A program made the translations under genes and the position numbers. A DNA stretch of 64,000 nucleotides from NCBI RefSeq assembly GCF_964204865.1, contig NC_135259.1:4464001-4528000 (forward strand), in the 5' to 3' direction. Below the pieces are notes generated by a model. The model searched no databases. It was not told the origin of the DNA and was given only the letters and a program-made list of their open reading frames with translations. Position 1 is the stretch's first letter, and each line of letters begins with the position of its first letter. This document shows, in pieces, positions 12,301 to 23,900 of this stretch. Origin of the DNA: Styela clava (taxonomy: Eukaryota).

Positions 12301-12991
12301 CTTGATTATAAATTGTGTATTCGAGAGCTCTCCTTGTTTTATCCCACTGTTGATATTGAGCCAATTCTTCTTTTTCTTCATTTAAAGTTGAAAGTCTATC
12401 TTCTATCATAGCAAGAACCTTTTCAATATCAGCAAGTCTTGTCTCAGATTCTTTCATCAAAGTTTCGCTCTCACTTTTTCTTTCATCGTATACTCTAGTG
12501 CCTGCAACTTCACGAAGAAGCCGAAGTCTGTAAGAATCCGGAGCTGTAGCCATTTGGTTAATCTTGCCCTGTTTTACAATATAGTATGGATTACTTCTCG
12601 AAAATCCAGCAGATTCAAGCAAATTCATGACATCGTTTTTTGTCACCATTTTTTTGTCCAAAAAATACTGATCTTTTTTGGAACCAATGACTCGTCGAAG
12701 TGTGACTTCATCTTTTTCAATAGGTAAGCGATTGTCTGAATTGTCAAACACAATTTCAACACATGCAGATATGACTCTAGCACCTGTTCCCTCGTGAAGT
12801 AATTGCTGCCTTTGCTCTGCTCTCAAATTACTGTATTCGTCACTGAAAACAAATTGGATAGCAGAGAAAAAGTTACTTTTCCCAGATCCATTTCTTCCGA
12901 CAATGATGTTGTGCTTAGGACTAAATGGTTCGATTTCAGTTGACTCACGATAGCTTCTAAATCCTTGTATGCTGACACTTTTGATATGCAT
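9377..12991 (-). CDS. SMC3: Structural maintenance of chromosomes protein 3 (cohesin subunit), 1204 aa, intronless CDS
   Basis: Single ORF with Walker A GRNGSGKS, the SMC3 acetylation-site motif GSKKDQYF, coiled coils, hinge (VTFLPLN, GDQVSRRGALTGG), signature LSGGQ and Walker B/D-loop FYLFDEIDQALD. Confidence 0.98.
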   Translation of the reverse strand: MHIKSVSIQGFRSYRESTEIEPFSPKHNIIVGRNGSGKSNFFSAIQFVFSDEYSNLRAEQRQQLLHEGTGARVISACVEIVFDNSDNRLPIEKDEVTLRRVIGSKKDQYFLDKKMVTKNDVMNLLESAGFSRSNPYYIVKQGKINQMATAPDSYRLRLLREVAGTRVYDERKSESETLMKESETRLADIEKVLAMIEDRLSTLNEEKEELAQYQQWDKTRRALEYTIYNQELTDTRNKLDTLSNKRENNSLQTRHLRQQQEEAQRQTKDAQKQLSNVNTRIDQLSEEKDLATSDRQELIKKKAQLELACTDLREEMESDQRSLEQAQAELGGMNERILKKTDELNAVTPQYEEMEKLERETEKELKVAEQRRKELFAKQGRGNQFRSREERDTWIKNELRTLERGVRDKQTQITNLQEEIQNSQKNQETLQKSISEKNLNIQEHKTRMDALTRESTNLKRLKDDLQGQRQRLWRDESKILQELDSISSEIKAKEHTLNSIIGKATVHGLESIKRVMKTFSERGQQDLVDGYKGMLMENFRCSKNFFTCVEVTAGGRLFNHVVSTDRIGTKYLNEMNQQKLPGEVTFLPLNKLEVRDVEYPQTSDAIPMISKLQFSDDYGVAIKYVFGKTLICRSMEVSTQLARVHQLDCVTLEGDQVSRRGALTGGYVDNRKSRLDLYTAKQDLHAKLEEKQEEIASNKREQQKLEAESTKVMDDLQKLETKNKKNKDVFEKLKADVRMLKEQQQAAQRAREPKERSLAALQTHCEALKSTEKSLKEEVGTNLLSQLSAEDQMEVDRLNDLIKQLTVQHKDAVGQRVRLEGKKTSLQNLLEDNLVRRKEQLMQEMQELSVDVRKQKLEQSDKDRTITEEKLRSTDARLKELETEVMKLERDQGNLSAKVEDLRSKEREMREKITDDARELEKVTNKQSMLIKKKDESMRKIRDLGSLPQDSFDKYQGLSVRQLMKRLDECNQELKKYSHVNKKALDQFVSFSEQKEKLLKRKEEVDRGKQAILNLMEHMEHQKYEAIQFTFRQVSKNFSDVFVKLVPGGKATLIMKKGENQSQPDGDAESEPSASIVDQFVGVGIKVSFSGKAAETREMQQLSGGQKSLVALALIFAIQKCDPAPFYLFDEIDQALDPAHRSSVANMIKDLCQSAQFITTTFRPELLEAADKFYGVIYRNKVSLVRTISKEEAREFVEDDTMHG

Positions 12992-13801
12992 ATTTGAACT
13001 GTTGTATCAATTCTTCATTTCGAAAAAGGTAAATAATACTTCTAATGTATACCCAAATCATGTCCAGTATGGAGCATTATACAGAAAGTAGTCCATGAAC
13101 CGAGTTATATTACAATATTATTCATATTGAGTAAGCATGTAAAAATGGAAAAAATGCATTATTGAAAACATGTGCAAAAAGTTTCATCTTGTCAACTTTT
13201 ACTCCTATGTCAATATATTCAATTATTACTTTATTTATTCAATAATTACTGTAAAAAAATAGCAGAATAAACCAGCTTTTTAACTTGACAGATATAAAAA
13301 TAATAAACCCTACAAAATTATTAAAAAATGTATTTTAAAATGAAACATAAAAAAATGAAACAATTTAATATAACCTTGTCTAGAAATTTTAAAGTTTTGA
13401 AATAAAAAGAACAACAATTTTTATATTACTAACATTAAAAATCAGTGTTTACGGAAATTAATAAAAAGCACTGAAAGAATCTGGCACCACTGCCGATTCG
13501 TAACATCGTGCCATGTTTGTTGCGATTATAATATAAATCAATTCGATTCAATTCTACAATTGAAAGTTCGTTTCCTGACTGCAGGACTGTTTTAGCTAGA
13601 AACTCTCGAATTCTAGAGTAAATTTATTTCGAATGATTTCACTATTTATTTAGCAATAACTTATCCATTCCGTACAGCAAAGTTCTATGATTTCAAGGAT
13701 ATCGCCTATATTGAAAGACATTGATTATAACAGTAGGAGCAAACCCCTCATTTACGAGACAGTCTGTAGAGACAGTCAATTAAATATTTACTGGGGCATT
13801 C

Positions 13802-14007
13802 CAAGCATGGCACGATCTGATGCATCTGCCTTCGTGTCGGGGCAGACACTCTTGTTTCAGAGACAAATGAAGTGTTTGTTTTCATTGCACACTTTCCAAA
13901 TTCCAAGAATGTCCCGTCATTTGGTTCAATAAAACAAACACTCCATGTGTCTTACAAACGAGGGGTGTCTGGCACAACGGCAGATGCGTCATATGGTGCC
14001 ATGCTTG
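13802..14007. mobile_element. Palindromic MITE (about 206 bp)
   Basis: CAAGCATGGCACGATCTGATGCATCTGCC... and ...GGCAGATGCGTCATATGGTGCCATGCTTG are imperfect inverted arms of about 85 bp. No TSD seen. Confidence 0.75.
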
Positions 14008-14338
14008 CCTCGATTATAATCTAATATAATCGTGGCGGGCACACTGGCACATGACCAAAATTGCCATTTTTTGCTAAAAACTCTCAAATGCCACGGTCAG
14101 ACGATAGAAATAATTCTCCTTCTGTAAATCGGACTATTTCTTCACCGAGGGAGTCAACTATGACGTTTTTAGATTGCGCTTCTTTGTAGTTTTTTTGCGC
14201 AATTCCATATATTCGTATATCAATGAATGCAACCTCCCCCCCCCTCCTTCCTTTAACAAGCCAGTCTGGGCCTTCAAGGGGACAAAATCTAAAAATTACT
14301 CAGAAAAAAATAATCTGATTTACCCAAAGAAAAATATT

Positions 14339-15554
14339 GGGTCTAGTATAGTTTAGTACAACAAGTACTTCCAGTAGGCGTAGCATAACGAATTTTGCAT
14401 ATGTTATTCCTAACCACCACCTGACTATGCCATCCAAAAATCACGTCACTACGACATCACCATTACGTCATAGGGCTTGCCAAATTATAATTACGATCGC
14501 CCGGAAATGGCATCTGCGTCGCGATAACGAACTCGGTAAAGCCGGCGATCTCTCTCCTATCGAGTCTGGATTTCATGGCCATTTTGAACGAGAAATCGGG
14601 CGTGCAATCAGAAATTCCCACGTGCAAATCAGAATTCCCGGCGTGCAATTATAGCTCACGACGTGCAAAGCAACTGCGCCCGCGTGCAACTGACTTTGAC
14701 TTTAGATACTGTTCAATATATCCGCCTAAAATTACCGGTATTGTATTGTATTACTATTTATATACTTTGTCATTACTTACTCAAATGTCTAAAAAATGAA
14801 CGTTTGACATTTGACCCACAAACATTATTTTTATTTTTTGACATCAATTTTGGGAGTGTTTTTGCGTAAAATCATTGGATAAAAAATAAGCCGAATCAGA
14901 GCCGTGACTGACCAGCGTCTGCGAGGAGTCTGGGGATCTATTCGCCCATAACTATTCTCACGAAGTCCCTATCAATCAACACGATGCGCCATACCGCCAA
15001 GCAATTATGAAAAACATGATCTTTTTTGCTTAGGCATTTTCTGACCAGGCCAAATCTTGCAAGCTAGTATGTCTGTATGCAGGTATGAAATCGACAATTG
15101 TGGAGCTACAATTTGTTGGCATCTTTATATTACTGGATTATTAATTTAAAAACCAATTAAACCAATTTTCATTGGTGAGCAATTGCAAATTCTCGGCGTG
15201 CAAAATTGAATTTGCTTGCATGAATTTATGCGGAGCGCTAGCAACCTCGGGCGTGCACCTGCCATGGAATTCAGTCTGGTCTCCTAGTCCTATCGCAGTA
15301 TCGTGATCGTTGTGACAAGAAAACGAGAAAAATAGCTTGCTCGATTTCGGGTGATCGTCTGCGCGTTTTGGACGACCATTCGCATACTTTGGTGGGCCTT
15401 ATTACGCCACTGTGATGTCGAGATGACCTAATTTTTCGGTGACGTAGTCAAGTGGGGGTTAGGATTGACATACGGTAGCCTATGCAAAGCCTATGCAAAA
15501 ATTGTTGAGCCAGGCCAACTAGAAATGCATGTGGTACTAAACTATACCAGACCC
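14339..15554. mobile_element. Non-autonomous long-TIR DNA transposon, possibly Mutator/MULE-like
   Basis: Termini GGGTCTAGTATAGTTTAGTAC / GTACTAAACTATACCAGACCC; imperfect inverted similarity extends over 200 bp; internal CGTGCAA repeats. A-rich flanks AAAAATATT/AAAAAATTA may be a degenerate 9-bp TSD. Superfamily assignment is inference. Confidence 0.8.
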
Positions 15555-16281
15555 AAAAAATTACCATAGCATTTGGGAGTTTCAAAGTTTATCATGAATG
15601 GCATTTTTGCAGAAAAAAAATTTTCAACATTAGTTTTAATTTAACAAAGAGAAACATTTTACAAAAATTAAATTTGTCACCAAAAACAATAATAGGCTAT
15701 TCATTTCAGCATTTGGTAGCACAGTCAGACAGTAGCAATCACGGTACCGGTAGCAGGGTAGTGTATGCGTGTAAGTCGGTTCTGCAATCAGTCACTGGAC
15801 CTCCATCTCTGAAACTCCTCAACGTCAAGAAGCTGAAAATTCATGCACCTATCACTGTGACGTATCTGTATCATCATGCAGTTTTGAAAATTTTGCGCTC
15901 GACGGTAAAAACTATTGTCCAAGCTAACTCCATTTCAAATTAGTGTCTTTCAAATGTCTGATTGTCTGCAAATAATAGGCAAAACAAAAACAAATCAGAA
16001 ACGAAAGCGAAGGAAAAGCGACTGAACCCGAGTTGCCGCCATTTTACGTTTTGCGTCATAATATGACCCCTGACCCTCTTCACGCAACAATGGATTTGTT
16101 ATTTCAAAATTTCACGTCGCTTTGGTTGTGGGGTTGTTGGTATGTATATAAATTTATAAATAGATGTGTAGACTAAAATAAATAGATGACTATCCTTTCA
16201 AAAATGTCTCTTTACATCTTTTATTCAAATGTTAATAATATTACTCTACTGTTATAATTGTAACATTTATGGATATATAAC

Positions 16282-16482
16282 CAGTGGTGGGATTCAGCCG
16301 GTTTGCACCGATTCTACAGAACCGTCTCACGGAATTTTCTGAGATCAGCGAACCGGTTAGCATTACTGGTTACTGTCAATGGATTTTTGCATCTTACCTG
16401 AGACACCGATTTTTGAGAACCGGCTGGAAAATATGACTTTTGTGATGGAACCGTCTGACAAAACATTTGAATCCCACCGCTG
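16282..16482. mobile_element. hAT MITE (201 bp)
   Basis: TIR CAGTGGTGGGATTCA / TGAATCCCACCGCTG; perfect 8-bp TSD TATATAAC. Confidence 0.9.
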
Positions 16483-16839
16483 TATATAACGCTTATTGTA
16501 ATGATGGTAAAACGAGTTGTTAACAGTAAAATATTTCACTTATGTTATTAAAAAAAAATTTTGGTTACCGATGTTCTATTTCCGATATTAAACGACAGAT
16601 GTCGTTTTTATCTCAAAAATTTAAACTAAAATTGGAGGTATTCGGGAGGTATGTACTTTGGGTGCGAGTAAAGTCGTAACCATTGAAGCGAACTGCTCCC
16701 GCAGTGGATGATTACCCCAATTAAATGTTTGTTATACTTCACCATATCAAAATTTTTGATGTGAAAATTTTAGCTTAGTTGGTCGCAGCTTTGGGGCTAA
16801 TTTTTAATGCTGCAATCACACTAAAATGCTCGACAGTCG

Positions 16840-18800
16840 ACAAAACCCGATATTCCACTCAGTGACCATTTCACGGTGACAAATACAGCTATGTCTACGC
16901 CCGTTTATACAAGAAAAAACGCTCAGCCTCAACAGTTGCTGCTACTTGCTAGTAGCGTCATAACGATCTGTATTGTTGTGTGCACGCTTGGATAATCTCG
17001 AGAGCTCAGACGAATCTCCTCCAAACATTCGTCATTTATGTCGGAGCTCAAAGAAGCTCACCACAGTCTCACTTCATTCTGGAGGTTATCCAGAAAATAC
17101 AGACGCTCAATCTCATCCACCTGGACTGGTTTATTCGGGTGAAAAATTGATATCAAGGAAAAAGTGAAGGATTGTCAATGGAGCGTTCCCGAATAGAGCA
17201 GCTGAAGCCGTCGGCATATGGAAGGTATACGGAACGTTGGGAATACTGGGAGGCTGAATCAGCACAGACGTTGTCGCGTTGAACTTGTACTTCAACTACT
17301 CTGGGTATTGTAAAATCTTTCAAGTCAGCTATTTCACAAGTTTCTTTGTAAATATTCGATGCAATGTCCGATTCATTGCGTTCTTAAGTGAGAACGCTCT
17401 AAACGGAGGATGTGAGGCTCTTTACTGACGCACACTGACTCCGACCGCGTGGAGTATGCGCGCGAATGGTTCTATCAGAATGGTTCTATATGATAGAAAA
17501 CAGTTCGCTACCTTTCACATATCTTAAAACAATGCTTAGTTGTTCTGTCCCTTACGGACACAAACGTTCTCCATAATTATATCTTGCATTATCATATTGC
17601 TTGCTACCCCGAGAATCTCCTTTTGTATCAAATCTCCACCCCCGGTGTCGATACGAAATTGAAGATGCTTTGCAAAATTTCCATTTCCCAAATGTCCACG
17701 CGAAGGTATGTTACTCGAAGCATAGAACATAACAGTCTTGACAATGAAAGCCATTATCATAGGCGTAGCCAGCAGGGGGCGAGAGGGGCCATGGCCCCTC
17801 CCAAATTTCCAAGATTACCAAGATCTGATAATGCCCAGAGTAGTCGAGATACAAGTTTATCACGACAACATCTGTGCTGATTCAGCGTCCCAGTCCCAAC
17901 GTTCCGTATATCTTCCATACGTCGACGGCTTGAGCTGCTCTATCCGGGAACGCTTCATTGGCAACCCCTCGTTTTTTGCTTCACTATCAATTCTTCCTCC
18001 GAACGAACCAGTCCGGGTGGATGAGATTGAGCTTTTGTATTTGTTGGATAACCTCCTGAATGAAGTGAGACTATGGAGATCTTCTTTGAGCTCCGACGTC
18101 AACGACGAAGGAGCTTCTTCTGAGCAGTCGAGATTATTCAAACGTGCACACGGCAATATAGATCGGTATGACGCTACCAGCAACAACCGTTAATGCTGAG
18201 CGTTCTTTTTCCTGTAGGAAACGGGTCAAGACATGGCTGCGCCCATCAATGACGTCCAATCCCCTTTTCGATTTGTGTGTCCTTTATTGTCATCGTGAAA
18301 GGATCACTAAGGAGAAGATCAATCGGGTTGTGGCGAGCATAGTTGGCGGAAAGCGAAGGACGGGTTTTTACTGGTTCAGATTGCCTCATAAATATTTGTT
18401 GTATCAAAGAAAAAGTTGTTCGGGAAAAAATATTGTATTTACAAAAAGCCAGCTAAGTTGTTGAATGTTATTTTCCTTAACGATCGAATGTGGTCTTTTT
18501 CTGCTTAAAGAAGTGATGTCTCAGACCCAATATCATTGCTTGAAAATACAATATATATTTGGCCCCCACCAAAATTTTGGGCTGGCGTACTTTTGGCCAT
18601 TATTATTCTGTTTTCTTTTGTTTGAGTAGCATATTGGGCCTTTAAATTCACACACATAATTTGACCAATTTTAATGCTTTTGACGATGTATGACTCAGGA
18701 CTTACCCTGCGTTGCGCTGGAAACGAAACAACAACTATCGCCATGTAGTTCACATTTTTGTCACGCATTTTAGCCATTTTCCGAAAAGAATGATTTACTC
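16840..18800 (-). mobile_element. Decayed hAT transposase remnant (PRKRIR/ZMYM1-like), interrupted by a sister copy
   Basis: Removing 17758-18595 and one TSD joins ...ENRIIMA to FIVKTVMFYASSNIPSRGHLGNGNF..LQFRID, a DUF4371-like hAT segment. 16840-17320 is the reverse complement of 17820-18370. Boundaries approximate. Confidence 0.75.
17758..18595 (+). mobile_element. Internally deleted hAT element retaining the C-terminal dimerisation domain
   Basis: Left TIR CATAGGCGTAGCCAG, degenerate right TIR CTGGCGTACTTTTG, perfect TSD GCCATTAT. Encodes TLPATTVNAERSFSCRKRVKTWLR...HRE (hATC motif). Confidence 0.9.
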
Positions 18801-20069
18801 GGCGGCAGTGTATGTATGTGGAAGGGTAATATATGAAACTGGCGGTGTCGAAAAATAAAGAATTTTTTTGGATTCATTTTTACGGAGTTATTCCATAACT
18901 ACGTACTACTAAATAGCTTTATTGACAGTGACAATATACGCAGGTATATGCATTAGTTGATGACCATATATCCATAACAAATAAAGAAGGAACCTGGCGA
19001 ACGTTGGAAGTTATTGAAAAAGCGGCGATGTAATGTTCTTATATGTTGCATAGTTAAGATACTATCAGTGTAAAGCGTTTCAGATATACACTGTAGATAA
19101 ACAGCTCTTTACCTATATTTCGCTAAGCAACTATATGAAATAGGGTAAGTTTGAAACAGTATGTATCGCATAGATCAAAATAGTCGATTCCCCAATATAG
19201 AAAATCTAGTTAGCCATTTATCGCTGGAAATTTTGTTATCCATTCGGGATTTGAGAAGAATAACAGCTTATCGTAAGCTTGCTAATTGAACCCAGTTGCA
19301 GGCATGCAAATCAACATCCGTTGCACCAGTTTTATCACCATTTACTTTGACTCTCCCGCCGCGTTTGTTATTTGTGCGATGTCCTCATGCTCCGCATTTA
19401 GCAGCTCTGATAGTACTTGCAGCTTCCGCATTTCACAGGAACCGATTCCGATGGTTTAGCACCGATTGGTAAAATATAGTAACTAACTACAAACGAACAT
19501 TTGCCACATTTGAGAGTGGAGTTGCTCAGAGGACGCTGTGTTAATATTCCAGTTATAGTTTTAGAATCGCTCAAACGTGGACTCATTTTTAAAATATCAG
19601 TTTTAATTGTAATGAGGCTATAGAGATCACTAAATTGTATTCTATGGAGTTTAAAGGACTGCTAGCTTGGACACTATAATGGATAACTTTTATGGATACA
19701 GCATAACGCAAAGCGAATGAACAAGAAGCTAGTCCAAAATCTCTGGTATAATGTTTCTATATTTTTTTGAGAGGACGACAAAATAATATCGAGGACAAAA
19801 TTAGCAAAAATACTAAAGTTCAATTTGCTTGAAATGGTAATCTATTTGTTGAATAAGATTCATAAAATGATATTTGCCATTATGGTTAATTGTTTTCCAA
19901 AACTTTTCAGCTTCAATTCATTATTGCAAGGGTGCAGACTAGCCGAGATTGCTGCATTTTGTCAATCAATTATAACAATTCAACAATTGACTCCCTTCAA
20001 ATACTTCTCATTGTATAGCGAAGATATAACAATGCTAAATTAATTAGTCGATTTTCAAAACTAGGAATT

Positions 20070-20220
20070 TTCTGCCCCCGCGTCTGTGACATACAGACGT
20101 TATTTTTCTCCGAGGTTCTTTTTTCGCTTCGCCGATGCGGGCCCGAAAGTAGAGAGAAGTCGTGCAGTCGACCGAGGTCTTTGCTCGAGGCGGGTCGTGT
20201 TTGCGATAAGCTGGTAAATT
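20070..20220 (+). promoter_or_regulatory. Putative ROR promoter or untranslated first exon
   Basis: Locally GC/CpG-rich patch about 0.8 kb upstream of the ROR ATG, ending in a donor-like CTG|GTAAAT. Acceptor-like sites lie near 20520 and 20795. Position-based inference only. Confidence 0.3.
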
Positions 20221-20956
20221 TCTTGCGTCGTTATAAATGCTGTTTGTTTCTATCCAAACTGTTTAGCAAAATGTGTGATCTTGTAATGGTTAGAGACAGA
20301 ACATTTCATAAATATATTAAGGTATGCGAAAGAGACGGTAGTTTTGTTTCTATAAATTCGTAAACAAAATGCCGGTACTATATATCATTTGGATGGGAAA
20401 CCAGGACCGTTCAGCGGCAACCAATGTTAACAATAAATTGAGTTTAGTTTCAGGGTTCAAAACTGTACGAGGCTTGTAATTTTCAGATACAGAATACTGC
20501 ATTTTAAATTGACCCTGCAGGTTGTTTTGCTTTTGTAAACACTCAACGATGGAGGAAGTTAAATCATGTACGTCGCTAATGAAGTTTTGAACGGCTTATA
20601 ATGTATTCCCTACTTATTTTGATATCTAAATTGCTTGTTGTGCTTACTTGACACAAGATTATACGAACACCTCTATGGCAACAACTGTCGGCACTGTCCT
20701 TAATCCTGTAAATGTCCGTTTTTCAAACGAGGGAAATGCTGAAATAAAATTTGACCACAAAGTTACTTATTTGATGAAATTATTCTCTTTCTCAGCAGAA
20801 AACAAAGCAAAGACGAGGTAGGGTGATTTATAGCTAGTAGGTAAATAGTGCTTTCCTGATACGGGATTTAGTAAGCGGTGTAACTTGATTGAGAAATTCA
20901 ACCCACCGCGAAGCGACGTTCGTACCTGAAAAATAAGCACCTCGAAACAGCATAAG

Positions 20957-23900
20957 ATGGATCGCAGACGGAAACATTGCACGTGGAGAAGATCGACGTT
21001 ATTATGCCTTGTATTTCTTCTTTCTGTGTCATCAAAAGGTAAATTTAATTTTTATGTTTCAATATATTGCAGTCCATATAAAGATTCGAAGCTTGGCCAT
21101 TGTTTCGTGATTTTTTTTTTATGTGAAATTATCAACAAAAATGCTCAAAGCGAATGTAGTTTCCCATCAGGTGTTTATTTGAGCCTACATATATCCCAAT
21201 TTAGTCTCGGGGAAAACAACGAAAGTATATTCTTCTATAATTAAGTGTCTTAAATTGTACCATGTCGTATTTCGTCGTTCCATCTCTGTTAATAGCTGGG
21301 TCAAGCGTTTTGTTTATCGTAAAACATCGCGTAATGCGACGAAACGATTGTATTTTCATTGTGATCATTAAATTGCAACATTAATTGCCCGTATTAATCG
21401 TTGTCGCCGAGTGCGATTTTCTAACATTTTCGAAACAAAAGAGCAATTATGACAGACTAACTCTAAGTCGACGTACCGTTATATCACAATGAATAATTTG
21501 CCGGATAATTGCTGGAGGCGAGCTGAGGGTTAATTCAGCTGACCTTTCGGAGAAAGGTGAAGAGGGGAAAGACAATATCGGCTTGCTTGTTGCAATTGTG
21601 GGCTGTGGTGATTTCTTATTAAAATATCGCACCTATGGAATTAAATACTACCTTATGTTATTATGAGCAAGAATTAATCTTATCACATCGCGCAACGGAT
21701 TAAAAAGAAACCGGCCCTCTGAGCATTCATTTTAAATGTGATAAAAACTGGTGTTCATAGTTTGGGAAATATAATTCGGTTTCAAATTTCATCCAAACTC
21801 TACTATAATAGGATGGTTTGGATGTTAAACATTTGTATCAACTCGCCATGCATCTAATTCGAATTCGTCCAATAAATAATGTGTTATTCCATTGAAAATC
21901 GTTGATAATTGTTGCCAGGAGTGTCATACAAATTTACTATTATATGTAATTGCCCTATATAATATATATTAGCATATTTCCATTGGCGATCTGACAAGCT
22001 GTCGCGAATATGATGTTATATTTACCTTATGTCGATTTTTGCTCGAGATATGGTTTGATACTTCAGCAAAAGTGACAGACGTAATTATCAATCGAGGTCC
22101 ACCTTTAATCGATATCAGAGGGTGGTCTTTATAATTGTTCGCGCGGTTGTGACGAAACTGCATTGTTTCTAATACAATAGGAGAACAGCGAGAGTTTTGC
22201 GTCGATAGGTCATTGAGGTCATTGTGGGGCCGGCAGCATTTAAATTAGTCTGCATGTCGAGAGAATTATTGTTCCTTTCTGACGTCATAAATGAGTTAAC
22301 TTCTAAATTCCCACTTAACGCTTGTCGCTACAACGAATGAAATTTTCTTACAACGAATGAAATTTTCTTACAATGTCCGCGGTGTGAATACTTTGATGTC
22401 GGCACAACTGACTGATCGTTGAGCTTCTTCACTTCCCGGTAGAAAAGTCAATTTGAGGTTAAATTTGTTAAATTTTAGGAATCGAAGCTAATGCAATATT
22501 CATTTTTAATTTCCACGTTTGACCCATGTCAAGCGACCATGTTTATGCAACTGTGCTACTGCGGACACGCCTATTACATTCTTGCCGGCATTTTATGCGT
22601 GGAAAATGGCATGGCCGGTAATGGACTTTGTCCAAATATCCTATATCACCGATGATCATTGCTTTGTGGAACGTGACACTAAATAATGTAAACTCTGTAG
22701 AAAGAGGTCAAATATTCATAATTTATACTTTGTTTACTTTGGGCATCATTCATCGTTACCGTTGACGGACGCTAAATGAAAATTATGGCCATTGTCTCCT
22801 ACCAGTAGCACCGACTTCAAAATTGATTAGTTCGTATATTGCTTTTTATTGGCAGTATAACGAGTTTCAGATTTTTTAGGCTGCTCATTTCTAAAGTTTG
22901 CGTCTTCCGAAAATACCACTATCACTGAATCGAACTTTTCTCCAGAGCGAAAAAATGCGATAATGTATATATTCTTTAATGTGATAAATGCATTTTAAAG
23001 TAGATTTGAAAATGATAATAACCTTATAACATGGAGTAATACACAAGTAGCCTATGAGGCTACAGTTGTTGAGTTGTTTGACAAGAGAATCGACGATCAA
23101 TCTAAATAGATTTTTGTGTACAAACATATAAGTTTGTTGTTCGTCGCTACGGGACATTAGGCTTTTGCTTCAACTAACAACAACGGTCTTTAACGTTATC
23201 AACTCCGTAATAAACGTCGACGTACTCGACTAATTTCATGCTGAGATATCAGCGTAATTAGGATAATTTGATTAAAGCCCGCAATCCAATTCACTCAACT
23301 ACATAATCTCCATTTTGATGACGCAATGAAATAAATATGCTTGGTGCCCAAAACATGAATCTATTTCGAAGGTTATTATTATCACAATACACCTATGGTA
23401 CATTCTGATTTTGTTGGCGAAATAACATTAGCATTCCCCAAATGCGAATTTGCGTCTTGTAAACACGTATAAATTTCATCAAAATGCATCTTAACTGCAC
23501 TTATTATGGTCAAATTATAACTTCAAACATTCACAAGTTTTGTAAAATTGACTGAACTCATGTAATGTATTTTCACAACAGCAAAAATTATAAGTTAAAG
23601 CGCCGTCATGCATGGTTGAGTTGTTCACCTGCTCGTTGGTTTATATTTACTATGCGAGTTTCATTTTCCACCTCGCTGCATCGCGAAATATCAATGGTAT
23701 AAACTTATAATCATCTCAAACATGGCCAATAAGTAAAGTATTGATAACCAAAGGCGAATTAACTCTTTTCACTATTGGATTATGTTGGCCAAGCTTAAGA
23801 AACTCAAGTTTTCTACAAAAAACGGCCCGCTTTTGAAAGATACATCAGTGTTTCAATATTACAAAAGTATTACAATAATAACCACAGCTCTTTGCAGATT

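Noticed and set aside
10131-12411. Several plus-strand ORFs of 61-78 aa
   Set aside because: Antisense shadows of the SMC3 coiled-coil coding sequence.
14600-14690. Repeat-spacer pattern resembling a mini CRISPR array
   Set aside because: Repeat only 7 bp with spacers of about 13 bp, eukaryotic context, no cas genes, and it lies inside a TIR element.
19838-19858. Sequence loosely like the Ciona spliced leader as I recall it
   Set aside because: Needs an insertion and is not followed by a GT donor or Sm site.
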